64,000 nt of DNA from positions 82,122 to 146,121 of the forward strand of contig JBBQUR010000013.1 of NCBI GenBank assembly GCA_038212275.1, read 5' to 3'. Below the pieces are notes generated by a model. It did not search any database and was not told the origin of the DNA. It saw nothing but the letters and a program-made list of their open reading frames with translations. This stretch comes from Planctomycetota bacterium (GTDB taxonomy: Bacteria; Planctomycetota; B15-G4). Both the position numbers and the translations under genes were made by a program. Shown here in pieces: positions 49,570-58,987 of this stretch (position 1 is its first letter; every line of letters begins with the position of its first letter).

Positions 49570-51201
49570 ATGAGCAACGCCATCACGACCGTGCCCCTGC
49601 CGGTGAACGAGCCGATCAGGAACTACGCCCCCGGCAGCGCGGAACGCGCCGAGCTGAAATCTGAGCTGGCCCGTCAGCGCGCCCACACACTGGACGTGCC
49701 GCTGATCATCGGCGGCCGCGACGTGCGCACCGGCAAGACGCTCACCATGACGGAGCCGCACGCGCATGCCCGCACGCTGGGCACGGCCTGCCTCGGCGAC
49801 GGCTCGCACGTGGAAGCCGCCGCCAGGGCAGCCGCGGCCGCCGCGCCGGCCTGGGCCGCCATGCCCTTCGAAGAGCGCGCCGCCATCTTCCTCAAGGCCG
49901 CAGACCTGCTCGCCGGCCCGTGGCGCGCACGCCTCAACGCCAGCACGATGCTCGGCCAGAGCAAGACCTGCTTCCAGGCGGAGATCGACGCGGCCTGCGA
50001 GCTCATCGACTTCTTCCGCTTCAACGTGGCCTTCGCGCGGCAGATCTACGCCCAGCAGCCCGAGTCGCAGCGCGGCATGTGGAACCGGCTGGAGTACCGC
50101 GAGCTGGAGGGCTTCGTCTTCGCCGTCACGCCCTTCAACTTCACGTCGATCTGCGGCAACCTGCCCGCCGCGCCGGCGCTCATGGGCAACGTCTGCCTGT
50201 GGAAGCCCGCATCCACCGCCATTCACAGCGGGTGGCACCTCATGCAGCTTTTCCGCGCCGCGGGCCTGCCCGACGGCGTGATCAACTTCCTGCCAGGCAG
50301 CGGCGCCGCCATCGGCGACCCGGCCATCGCGCACCGCGACCTGGCCGGCGTGCACTTCACCGGCAGCACATCCGTCTTCCACGGCATGTGGCGCGCGATC
50401 GGCGAGAACATCGCGAACTACAGGAGCTATCCGCGCCTCGTGGGAGAGACCGGCGGCAAGGACTTCGTCTTCGCGCATCCGTCGGCGGACGTCGACTCGC
50501 TGTCCATCGCGCTGCTGCGCGGCGCCTTCGAATACCAGGGCCAGAAGTGTTCGGCGGCGAGCCGCGCCTACGTTCCGCGCTCGCTGTGGCCTGCCGTGCG
50601 CGAGCGGCTCGTCGAGGAGCTGCGCCAGGTCACGCTGGGCGACCCGACCGACTTCGCGCACTTCATGGGCGCGGTCATCGACAAGGCGAGCTTCGAGAAG
50701 TGCCGCAAGTACATCGAGACGGCGCGCGCGACGAAGGGCTGCAGCATCGTCGCCGGCGGCGAGTGCGACAACCGCACCGGCTGGTTCGTGCAGGCCACCG
50801 TCATCGAGAGCGAGGACCCGCGCTCGGCGACGATGTGCGAGGAGATCTTCGGCCCGATCCTCACCGTGCACGTCTACGACGACGCCAGGCTGGCCGACAC
50901 GCTGGCGCTGTGCGACAGCACGTCACCGTACGCGCTGACCGGCGCGATCTTCGCGCGCGACCGGCACGCGGTGCAGTCCATGAGCGCCGCGCTGCGCCAC
51001 GCCGCCGGCAACTTCTACATCAACGACAAGCCCACCGGCGCGGTCGTCGGCCAGCAGCCCTTCGGCGGCGCGCGCGCGAGCGGCACCAACGACAAGGCCG
51101 GCTCGATGTGGAATCTCGTGCGCTGGACCTCGCTGCGCACGATCAAGGAAAGCTTCGTGCCGCCCACCGACTGGCGTTACCCCCACATGGCGGAGAGCTG
51201 A
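49570..51201 (+). CDS. pruA: L-glutamate gamma-semialdehyde (P5C) dehydrogenase
   Basis: NEPIRNYAPGS, AEIDAACELIDF, TPFNF, FTGST, GETGGK, FEYQGQKCSA, PFGGARASGTNDK. Confidence 0.97.
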   Translation: MSNAITTVPLPVNEPIRNYAPGSAERAELKSELARQRAHTLDVPLIIGGRDVRTGKTLTMTEPHAHARTLGTACLGDGSHVEAAARAAAAAAPAWAAMPFEERAAIFLKAADLLAGPWRARLNASTMLGQSKTCFQAEIDAACELIDFFRFNVAFARQIYAQQPESQRGMWNRLEYRELEGFVFAVTPFNFTSICGNLPAAPALMGNVCLWKPASTAIHSGWHLMQLFRAAGLPDGVINFLPGSGAAIGDPAIAHRDLAGVHFTGSTSVFHGMWRAIGENIANYRSYPRLVGETGGKDFVFAHPSADVDSLSIALLRGAFEYQGQKCSAASRAYVPRSLWPAVRERLVEELRQVTLGDPTDFAHFMGAVIDKASFEKCRKYIETARATKGCSIVAGGECDNRTGWFVQATVIESEDPRSATMCEEIFGPILTVHVYDDARLADTLALCDSTSPYALTGAIFARDRHAVQSMSAALRHAAGNFYINDKPTGAVVGQQPFGGARASGTNDKAGSMWNLVRWTSLRTIKESFVPPTDWRYPHMAES

Positions 51202-51203
51202 CC

Positions 51204-52049
51204 ATGGCCACGACTCTTCGGCGCCCCCGCCTCGCGCCGTTCGGCGCGCGCCTGCTGGCCCTCGTCGCGACGCTGTTCGCGGTTGCGTGCGCCTCGACGC
51301 CCGTCGAGGCCGAACCCGCGACCGCCGGGACGCACGAGATCGGCGCCGTCGCCGGTCCCGACGCGGACCTCCCGGTGCTGCTCGTCGGCAGCGACCTCGA
51401 CAACCGCCCCTTCGCCTGGGTGGATGAGGCCGGCCGGCCGCAGGGCCGCGACGTGGAGATGATGACCGCCATCGCCGGCCTGCTGCACCGCCAGCTGCAA
51501 TGGCAGCGCATGCCCTTCGACCAGCTCATGCCCGCCGTGCAGGCGGGCCGCGTGGACGTCGTCTGCGCGACGCTTGGCATCACGCCCGAGCGCGCTGCGC
51601 TCATGGGTTTCAGCCGGCCCTACTTCGCGACGGAGATCGTGGCGGTGGTCCGCAGCGGGCCGGGCGAGCCCACCTCGCTGGCGATGCTCGCGGGGCGCCG
51701 CGTCGCGGGCGGCATCGGCACCACCGCGGAGCGAGCCGTCACCGGGCACCTCAAGACCTCGATCGGGGTCTTCGAGAACAAGGCGGGCATGCCCTCCGCG
51801 GAGCGATTGCTCAGTCGCGAGGTCGACGCCGTGGTGATGGACGCTCCCGCCGCCGACGCGCTCGTCGCGGCCTCGGCCGGTCGGCTCGTGCGCCTGCCGG
51901 AGCCGCTGGAGTCCGAGGATTACGCTCTGGCCTTTCCGCCCGGTGCGCACGCACTGCGCGCGGAATGCGACCGCGCGCTGGCAAACTTCGAGCGCGCCGG
52001 CAGCCTGGCCCGCTGGAACGAGAAGTTCGGCCTCGCGACCGCGCCGTAG
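51204..52049 (+). CDS. Amino-acid ABC transporter substrate-binding lipoprotein (SBP family 3)
   Basis: Lipobox AVAC, RPF, GRDVE, PFDQLMPAVQAGRVD, ITPERA..FSRPY. Confidence 0.85.
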   Translation: MATTLRRPRLAPFGARLLALVATLFAVACASTPVEAEPATAGTHEIGAVAGPDADLPVLLVGSDLDNRPFAWVDEAGRPQGRDVEMMTAIAGLLHRQLQWQRMPFDQLMPAVQAGRVDVVCATLGITPERAALMGFSRPYFATEIVAVVRSGPGEPTSLAMLAGRRVAGGIGTTAERAVTGHLKTSIGVFENKAGMPSAERLLSREVDAVVMDAPAADALVAASAGRLVRLPEPLESEDYALAFPPGAHALRAECDRALANFERAGSLARWNEKFGLATAP

Positions 52050-52058
52050 CGCTCTCGG

Positions 52059-52178
52059 CCCCGACGCAGCGAGTCCCCGACGCAGCGAGTCCCCGCGGCC
52101 CCGCGACAGCGCGGCAGCGCGGCAGCGAGGCGGCGAGGCCGCGAGGCCGCGAGACGCCTGGACCGCGAGGCGGCGAGG
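52059..52178. repeat. Intergenic degenerate 8-bp-period array (15 units)
   Basis: CCCCGACG CAGCGAGT x2, then CCCCGCGG CCCCGCGA CAGCGCGG x2 CAGCGAGG CGGCGAGG CCGCGAGG..., all in one 8-nt register. Confidence 0.8.
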
Positions 52179-52283
52179 CCGTGCTTCGCCACGGAGTGGT
52201 CATCCCGCTCGACTCGGTCGGCGGGCCCTTGAACGGGCATCCTTTGGTAGTCTCTCGCGCGATCGTCCCCGGAGTGTCACGTC

Positions 52284-55010
52284 ATGCTGAAGCGTCCGCA
52301 TCTCCTGTCCGCCCTGCTCGCCTCCGCGCTGCTGACCACCGGCTGCCAGTCGGCACCGAAGGAAGGCCCTGGCGAGGGCGCGACTGCCTCCGCCAACGGC
52401 ACCGAGGAGGCCAAGCCGGCGACGCCGACTCCGCCGACCGCCGACGCGGCCAAGCCCGCCGAGCCCGCCAAGGCAGCCCCCAAGAAGGACGAGAACCTCT
52501 CCGACGCCCAGAAGAAGCAGAAGGAGAAGGAAGACAAGGAGAAGAAGGAGAAGGAAGACGCCGCGAAGAAGTGGGAGGACCTGACCGAGAAGCTCACGCG
52601 CAGCGAGGGCCTCTTCACCACGTGGAGCAACGACTCGACGCTGCTCCTCGAGCTGGACAAGAACGCCTTCGGACGCGAGTTCCTGTACGTCGGCGCGCTG
52701 GGCAGCGGCACGGGCAACGGCTCGGTCTACCGCGGCGCGATGCTCTCGGACGGCGAGTTCGTGCTGCGCTTCGAGCGCCGCGGCGAGAAGAAGGTCGTGC
52801 TCGTCGCGAGCAACGACCGCTACCTGGAGCCGGGCGACTCGCTCGAGCAGAAGATGCTCGACGAGGTCACCAGCAAGAGCGTCTTGCAGGCCTTCGACCT
52901 CGCGGCCGAGAACAAGGACGAGGACAAGGTCCTCGTGAACCTCGGCGACTTCTTCATGAGCGACAACCTGCAGATCGCGCAGGGCATCGGCGGCAAGTTC
53001 GCCCCGAGCAAGGATCTCTCCAGCTTCACCGCCGTGAAGACCTTTCCGCGCAACGTCGAGGTCGACCAGTCGCTGACCTTCACCGGGCAGCGCGGTCAGG
53101 GCAATCTCACGATGGCCGACGGCCGCGGCGTCACGCTGAAAGTACACCACTCGCTGTGCGCGCTGCCGGGCCCCGGTTTCCGGACGCGCGCCGCCGACCA
53201 GCGCGTCGGCTACTTCACCACCGAGCGCAAGGACATCTTCGACATCCGCTCGGACGATCCGGTGCACCGCGTCATCAACCACTGGCGCCTGCAGAAGAAG
53301 GACCCGTCGGCCGAGGTGAGCGACCCGGTGCAGCCGATCACCTACTGGATCGAGAACAGCACGCCCAAGGAATGGCGCGGCGCGGTCAAGGCCGCCATCG
53401 AGATGTGGGAGCCGGCCTTCCGCAAGGCGGGCTTCAGCAACGCCATCGTCGCGAAGCAGATGCCCGAAGACGCGGACTGGGATCCGGGCGACATCCGCTA
53501 CTCCGTCGTGCGCTGGAGCAGCGACGAGAACGTCGGCTTCGCGATCGGCCCGTCGCGCACGGACCCGCGCACCGGCGAGATCTTCGACGCGGACATCACC
53601 ATGCAGGCCAACTTCCTGGCCATCTACCGCGAGCGCTTCGAGACCTACGTGGGAGACCTCGCGGCCCGCTCCAAGGATGAGGTGCTGGCCGAGATCGAGG
53701 CGCAGTACGTGCCGACGATGCCGGAGGGCGACGACATGGCGCGCCTCTGCATGCTGCAGGGCCCCGAGCTCGTGCAGCGCGCCGCGCAGGCCGCGACGAT
53801 CCAGGCCATCGTCAACGACGACTTCGACACCGACAAATTCCTGAACGCGATGCTCACCGAGGTGCTCGCGCACGAGGTCGGCCACACGCTCGGCCTGCGG
53901 CACAACTTCAAGTCCTCCACGTGGCTGGACATGAACAGCCTGGCCGACGTCGGCCAGACCGCGCAGCGCGGCCTCGTGGGCTCGGTCATGGACTACACCG
54001 CGATCAACATCGCCGCGCCGGACGCGCCGCAGGGCGAATACTTCGCGTCGGCCGTCGGCCCTTACGACGTGTGGGCCATCGAGTACGGCTACACGGAGTT
54101 CGGCAACAACGACGCCGGCGGCCTGGCCGCCATCGCGAATCGCAGCTACGAGCCCGGCCTGGACTACGGCACCGACGAGGACCTGTTCCTCGGCGACCCC
54201 TATGCGCAGCAGTGGGACCTCGGCAAGGACCCGGTGGCCTTCGCCAAGGCCCAGATCGCGCTGGCCGAGAAGGGCTTCTCCAAGCTGGCCGAGAAGGGCG
54301 CCGAGAAGGGCGAGGGCTACGACAAATTCAGCCGCTTCTACGCCATGTTCACGAGCCTCTACAACCGCTCCTACCAGGGCCTGGACCGCTTCCTGTGGGC
54401 CGTCTCGACCAACCGTGACGTCGTCGGCCAGGAGAACGGGCGCCCGCCGATCCAGCTCGTCGATCCGCAGACGCAGCGCGATGCGCTGGAGGTCATGATC
54501 TCCAAGGGCCTCACCTGGAACGGCGGCATTCCGGACAGCCAGCGCCTGCTGCTTGCCGGCAAGAAGTTCGGCGCCTTCGGGCAGTGGTTCGATCCCTGGT
54601 CCTTCGATCCGATGCCGCGCGTGATCAACAGCTCGCGTTACTTCGTGCTGTCCTCGCTGACCAACTCATCGCTGTTCGAGCGACTTGGCAGCCAGGCGGC
54701 GCTTGCGGGCGCCAACGCCGTCACGCCGCGCGAGGTGGCCGACAAGGTCTTCGCCACGGTGTGGGCCGCCCCGCAGCCGAACCTGAACGACCGCTGGACG
54801 CAGTCCGACTATCTGGATCTCGTCTTCCGCGGCCTCAAGGCGCGCACGGCGCCGGACGTCACCGCGCTCATGAACAGCCTGCTCAACCAGGTCGAGCAGC
54901 GCGGCAAGGACTACTCGTCCAGCACCGATGCGGACGTCAAGGCGCACGGCGAACAGCTCGTGCAGCGCATCGATCGTTACCGCAAGCGCCAGGTCACCGA
55001 GAACTACTGA
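52284..55010 (+). CDS. Zinc-dependent metalloprotease lipoprotein (DUF5117/DUF4953 metzincin type)
   Basis: Lipobox TTGC, DQRVGYF, WEPAFRKAGF, DPRTGEI, HEVGHTLGLRHNF, Met-turn SVMDY. Confidence 0.92.
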   Translation: MLKRPHLLSALLASALLTTGCQSAPKEGPGEGATASANGTEEAKPATPTPPTADAAKPAEPAKAAPKKDENLSDAQKKQKEKEDKEKKEKEDAAKKWEDLTEKLTRSEGLFTTWSNDSTLLLELDKNAFGREFLYVGALGSGTGNGSVYRGAMLSDGEFVLRFERRGEKKVVLVASNDRYLEPGDSLEQKMLDEVTSKSVLQAFDLAAENKDEDKVLVNLGDFFMSDNLQIAQGIGGKFAPSKDLSSFTAVKTFPRNVEVDQSLTFTGQRGQGNLTMADGRGVTLKVHHSLCALPGPGFRTRAADQRVGYFTTERKDIFDIRSDDPVHRVINHWRLQKKDPSAEVSDPVQPITYWIENSTPKEWRGAVKAAIEMWEPAFRKAGFSNAIVAKQMPEDADWDPGDIRYSVVRWSSDENVGFAIGPSRTDPRTGEIFDADITMQANFLAIYRERFETYVGDLAARSKDEVLAEIEAQYVPTMPEGDDMARLCMLQGPELVQRAAQAATIQAIVNDDFDTDKFLNAMLTEVLAHEVGHTLGLRHNFKSSTWLDMNSLADVGQTAQRGLVGSVMDYTAINIAAPDAPQGEYFASAVGPYDVWAIEYGYTEFGNNDAGGLAAIANRSYEPGLDYGTDEDLFLGDPYAQQWDLGKDPVAFAKAQIALAEKGFSKLAEKGAEKGEGYDKFSRFYAMFTSLYNRSYQGLDRFLWAVSTNRDVVGQENGRPPIQLVDPQTQRDALEVMISKGLTWNGGIPDSQRLLLAGKKFGAFGQWFDPWSFDPMPRVINSSRYFVLSSLTNSSLFERLGSQAALAGANAVTPREVADKVFATVWAAPQPNLNDRWTQSDYLDLVFRGLKARTAPDVTALMNSLLNQVEQRGKDYSSSTDADVKAHGEQLVQRIDRYRKRQVTENY

Positions 55011-55034
55011 CGCGGGCAGGCTTCGGCCTGCGCG

Positions 55035-55451
55035 TCATTCGCCGCGCGCTGCGCGATCCTCGTCGCGCGGCGCGCGGCGCCGTTTCGGGCGCAGTTTCGG
55101 GCGCAGCAGGCGGCGCACGCGAGTCGGCAGCCGCCGCTCCTGGCGGTTGATGAAGATGGCCGCGCGCCGGTTGGCCATGCCCGCCAGCACGGCCGCCAGG
55201 ATGTAGAAGGGAATGCCGGTCATCACCGGCATCAACCAGCCGATGACGCCGAGCACGAAGCAGATCACGGCGCCGAGAATCAGCAGCACGCGGATGACGG
55301 GGTGCCGGTCCGGGCCGTCCTCGGGCAGAAGGTCCGGCAGCACGTCCGACGCGTCACCGCCCGCGCAGGCCGGCTGCGGCTCGTCGCGCTTGTCGCGCTC
55401 GTCGCGCTTGTCGCGCTTGTCGTCCGGCGGTTGCTGAGCCTCGTGTGCCAT
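55035..55451 (-). CDS. Small membrane protein (DUF454-like)
   Basis: LGVIGWLMPVMTGIPFYILA hairpin TM, a basic C-tail, and an N-terminal 9-bp repeat (DKR/DER, 55381-55422). Confidence 0.6.
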   Translation of the reverse strand: MAHEAQQPPDDKRDKRDERDKRDEPQPACAGGDASDVLPDLLPEDGPDRHPVIRVLLILGAVICFVLGVIGWLMPVMTGIPFYILAAVLAGMANRRAAIFINRQERRLPTRVRRLLRPKLRPKRRRAPRDEDRAARGE

Positions 55452-55467
55452 CGCTTATCCTGAAAGT

Positions 55468-56325
55468 ATGGCTGACATGGAACTCAACGCCACGGTGGTC
55501 TCGCGGCGCGATCCGAGCGAGCGGCTGGCCATCGTCTCGGTGCGCCCCGACGGCTGGGAGCTGCCGGTCTTCGAGCCCGGCCAATTCGCGACGCTCGGCC
55601 TGCCCGATCCCGAGGGCGGAGCGCCGCGCAAGCGCGTGTATTCCATCGCGTCGGCGCCGGGACAGCCGGCGCTCGAGTTCTACGTGCAGCTCGTGAAGGA
55701 AGGCAGCTTCACCACGCTGCTCTGGCCGCACCAGCCGGGCGATCGCATCCACCTCTCGCCCACCATCGCCGGCCGCTTCACGCTGCAGTCGGTGCCTCGA
55801 GGCGCGGACCTGCTGCTGGTGGGAACGGGCACCGGCATCGCTCCCTTCGTCTCGATGCTGCGCCACCACGCCGGCCGCGGCCGCTGGCGCCGCTGCATCA
55901 TCGCGCACGGCGCGCGCAGCGAGGCCGAGCTGGGCTACCGCGCCGAGCTTGAAACGCTGGCGGCCGCCGACCCGAGCGTGATCTTCCTGCCGGTGGTGTC
56001 GCGCGCGCCCGCCGGCACCTGGGGCGGCCTGACCGGCCGCGTTCAGACGCTGCTCGATGACACGCTGTGGTCCGGCCCGACCGGCGCCGACCAGACCGGC
56101 GCCGACCGGCCCGGCGCCGCGGCGGATTCCGCACGCGCGAGCTGCTCCAGCGTCTCGACCTGGCCGCCGGGCGAAGCCACGCCGCTGGACCCGTCGCGCT
56201 GTCACGTCTTCCTCTGCGGCAACCCCGCGATGATCGACGACATGGACGCGCTGCTCAGCGCGCGCGGCTTCCGGCACAACAAGCCGGACGCCCCCGGCAA
56301 CCTGCACTTCGAACGCTGGTGGTGA
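55468..56325 (+). CDS. fpr: Ferredoxin--NADP(+) reductase
   Basis: FEPGQFATLGL, RVYSIAS, GTGTGIAPFVSM, FLCGNPAMI, C-terminal ERWW. Confidence 0.92.
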   Translation: MADMELNATVVSRRDPSERLAIVSVRPDGWELPVFEPGQFATLGLPDPEGGAPRKRVYSIASAPGQPALEFYVQLVKEGSFTTLLWPHQPGDRIHLSPTIAGRFTLQSVPRGADLLLVGTGTGIAPFVSMLRHHAGRGRWRRCIIAHGARSEAELGYRAELETLAAADPSVIFLPVVSRAPAGTWGGLTGRVQTLLDDTLWSGPTGADQTGADRPGAAADSARASCSSVSTWPPGEATPLDPSRCHVFLCGNPAMIDDMDALLSARGFRHNKPDAPGNLHFERWW

Positions 56326-56402
56326 TGGACCTGCCGCGGGCATGCGCCCCCGGCATCACCGTGGCCGGCAGCAGCATCCCGCTCGGCGGCCTTCGCAGGC
56401 CT

Positions 56403-56786
56403 TCAGTCGCCGGCCCCCGACGGATCGAGACGGCGATTCAGCTGCGCATGCGATGCGGGCGGGTTCGCCGCGGGGATATCACCCGGCGGCGGATCCCGGA
56501 TGACGACGGTGCCCGCGATGAAGTCGTGAATCGCCCGGCGCTTCCTGTTGGTGAGGATCACGAGGAGCTCGCCATAGATCCAGAGGTTCAGCAGCAGGTT
56601 CAGGGGCCGGTGCCAGGCCGGCGCAGCCTGCTCGATGAGATTCGATCGCTCCATGAATGACGACACCCCGAAATACCGGGCATCGGTCAGATGAAGCACC
56701 GCCACCACGAGGCCGACCGAACTGGCGAGACCGACCAGCCATTCCGGAAGGTAGCGGAGGAGGGCCGGAAGTGCTCCCCGCCTCAC
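56403..56786 (-). pseudogene. 5'-truncated RDD-family membrane protein
   Basis: Has the C-terminal RDD motifs ALLR and KRRAIHDFIAGTVVI but lacks the N-terminal R..A..ID and GQT.GK parts. The preceding sequence is occupied by the GT2 gene. Confidence 0.6.
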
Positions 56787-57547
56787 CCCCCCGGCGCGCG
56801 GTCCACCGGCGTCAGCTTGCGATGCCGCGAGCGCACGTCGAAGACGCGCGAGGCGGCCTCGAGCTGGATGCGCACGTTCATCTTGGAGACGCCGCGGTCG
56901 CGGTCGGGGAAGACGATGGGCACTTCGCGCACCACGTAGCCGAGCCGGTTGGCCACGTAGATCAGCTCGACCTGGAAGACGTAGCCGCTGCTGCGGATGC
57001 GGTTGGCGAAGTCCATGCCGACGAGCGTTGCGCGCTTCCACAGCTTGAAGCCGCCGGTCGCGTCGGCAACGGGCACGCCCAGCGTGGCGCGCACGTAGAT
57101 GCTGTTCGCGAACCACGAGAGCAGCTTGCGCCACCACGGCCACTTCTCGTCGGTGGCGCCGCCGGCCACGTAGCGGCTGCCCAGCACGATGTCCGCGCCG
57201 TCCAGCGCCTCGAGCATCGTGGCGATGTACTTCGGCTGGTGCGAGAAGTCGCAGTCCATCTGCAGCACGAGGTCGGCGCCCGCGGCCAGCGCGTGCGTGA
57301 AGCCGTCCACGTAGGCCTTGCCGAGGCCCTCCTTGCGCGGGCGGTGCAGGACGGCGACGCGACCGGGATGCTGCCGCGCCAGGCCGTCCGCAAGCTGGCC
57401 GGTGCCGTCGGGCGAGTTGTCATCCGTGACGAGGATGGAGAGCTGCGTGTCGCGCAGCGAAAGCGCCAGCAGGGCGGCCACCATGCGCGGCAGGTTCTCC
57501 GCCTCGTTGTAAGTCGGCAGCACGACGGTGAGTTGCTGCACGGGCAC
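56783..57547 (-). CDS. Polyprenol monophosphomannose synthase-like GT2
   Basis: PTYNEAENL, DDNSPDGTG, KEGLGKAY, QMDCDFSH, GSRYV, DATGGF, GYVFQVE. Confidence 0.93.
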   Translation of the reverse strand: MPVQQLTVVLPTYNEAENLPRMVAALLALSLRDTQLSILVTDDNSPDGTGQLADGLARQHPGRVAVLHRPRKEGLGKAYVDGFTHALAAGADLVLQMDCDFSHQPKYIATMLEALDGADIVLGSRYVAGGATDEKWPWWRKLLSWFANSIYVRATLGVPVADATGGFKLWKRATLVGMDFANRIRSSGYVFQVELIYVANRLGYVVREVPIVFPDRDRGVSKMNVRIQLEAASRVFDVRSRHRKLTPVDRAPGG

Positions 57548-57638
57548 CCCGCGGAAGTCCGGAAGAAAGGCGCCGGACTATAAGCGCCCGCTCGCCGGGG
57601 GTGCCATAGGCGCAGTCCGCGAGGGTAGGCTGTGGGCG

Positions 57639-58976
57639 ATGACCCTGCGCACGACTCTCCTGCTGGCCACGCTGGGCACGGCGCTCACGCTGACTCTCCT
57701 GCTGGCCACCCACCAATGGGGCGTCGGGCACTGGGACGACGGCAGCACGCGCTACCGCTTCCTGCTCGAGGACGAGGCCGACCGTTCGGTCTACGAGCAG
57801 CGCGGCCGCTGGCTGCCCGCCGGCCGCACACCCTATCTGGAGGAGCACAGCGAGTACCCGCAGCTCGCCACCTGGCTCTTCGGCCTGCCATACCTCTTTT
57901 TCGACCATCACGTGCCGGTCGGCCGCGCCCAGACCTCGGCCGAGTTCCGCGCGGCGACGGACGACCACGAGGCGTACTTCGACCTGCACCACGTCTCCAT
58001 GGCCCTCAGCGTGTGGCTGCTGCTGGTGCTCACGGCGCTGAACCTGCGTGCGCTCGGCCAGCCGCCGGGCTGGGCGCTGCTGCTCTTCCTGCCTGGCACG
58101 CTCTACTTCGCCTTCAATCGCTTCGACGCCTGGCCCGCGGCTGCCGTCGCCGCGGCGCTGCTGCTGCAATGGCGCGGCCGCCGTCACGGGGCCGCGATAC
58201 TGCTGGCCGTCGGCGCGATGCTGAAGTGGTTCCCGATTCTGCTGCTGCCCCTGTTCCTCGCCTACAACCTGCGCGCCGGCGCGGACAAGCGCGGCACACA
58301 TGCTGCTCCCGCTCCCCGGGGCCGCCGTGAACTGCTGGCGCGGCTGCCCTCGGCCGTGCTGCTGCCGGGGCTCTCGGCCGCGGCGGTGTGCCTGGCCATC
58401 CTCGCCATCACCTGGTTCTGGGGCCACGGCGGGCTGGAGGCCGTGAAGTACGTCTACACGACGCAGATGAGTCGCGACCCCAACCCGCCGTCGCTGGTGG
58501 CCGCGCTGACCGTGCCGACGCGCTGGGAGGTGTTCACGCCGGCCGACCAGGGCTGGCTGGGCAAGGCCTTCATGCTGCTGCAGTTCCTGCCCGCGCTGCT
58601 GCTGGCGCTGCTGCCCATCCGCTCGCGCCGCGCGCTGCTGCTGGGCTGCCTGACCGTGGTCCTGGGCTTCATGCAGTTCGGCAAGGTCTTCTCGCCGCAG
58701 TGGATCTGCTGGGTGACCCCGCTGGCCATCCTGGTCGCCCCGCGTCACGTGACCTGCCTGCTGCTGATCGTCGCCGCCGAGCTCGCCATCTACATCCAGA
58801 TCCCGGTGCTCTTCTACGAGGCCATGGGCATGCCCGGCGGAGCGCTGTTCCGCGGGACGCCGGCCTTCTGGGCCGCCTGCGACACGCGCATCGCCGTGCT
58901 CTTCCTGTTCTGGGCGTGGAGTTTGTGGGCTTTCCTGCGTACCGTCTGGGCGCCCGCGCCGGCCCCGAACAGCTGA
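57639..58976 (+). CDS. GT87/DUF2029-like GT-C membrane glycosyltransferase
   Basis: PYLEEHSEYPQL, NRFD, LKWFP, KVFSPQW, many TM helices. Confidence 0.8.
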   Translation: MTLRTTLLLATLGTALTLTLLLATHQWGVGHWDDGSTRYRFLLEDEADRSVYEQRGRWLPAGRTPYLEEHSEYPQLATWLFGLPYLFFDHHVPVGRAQTSAEFRAATDDHEAYFDLHHVSMALSVWLLLVLTALNLRALGQPPGWALLLFLPGTLYFAFNRFDAWPAAAVAAALLLQWRGRRHGAAILLAVGAMLKWFPILLLPLFLAYNLRAGADKRGTHAAPAPRGRRELLARLPSAVLLPGLSAAAVCLAILAITWFWGHGGLEAVKYVYTTQMSRDPNPPSLVAALTVPTRWEVFTPADQGWLGKAFMLLQFLPALLLALLPIRSRRALLLGCLTVVLGFMQFGKVFSPQWICWVTPLAILVAPRHVTCLLLIVAAELAIYIQIPVLFYEAMGMPGGALFRGTPAFWAACDTRIAVLFLFWAWSLWAFLRTVWAPAPAPNS

Positions 58977-58987
58977 GCATCCGCCGC

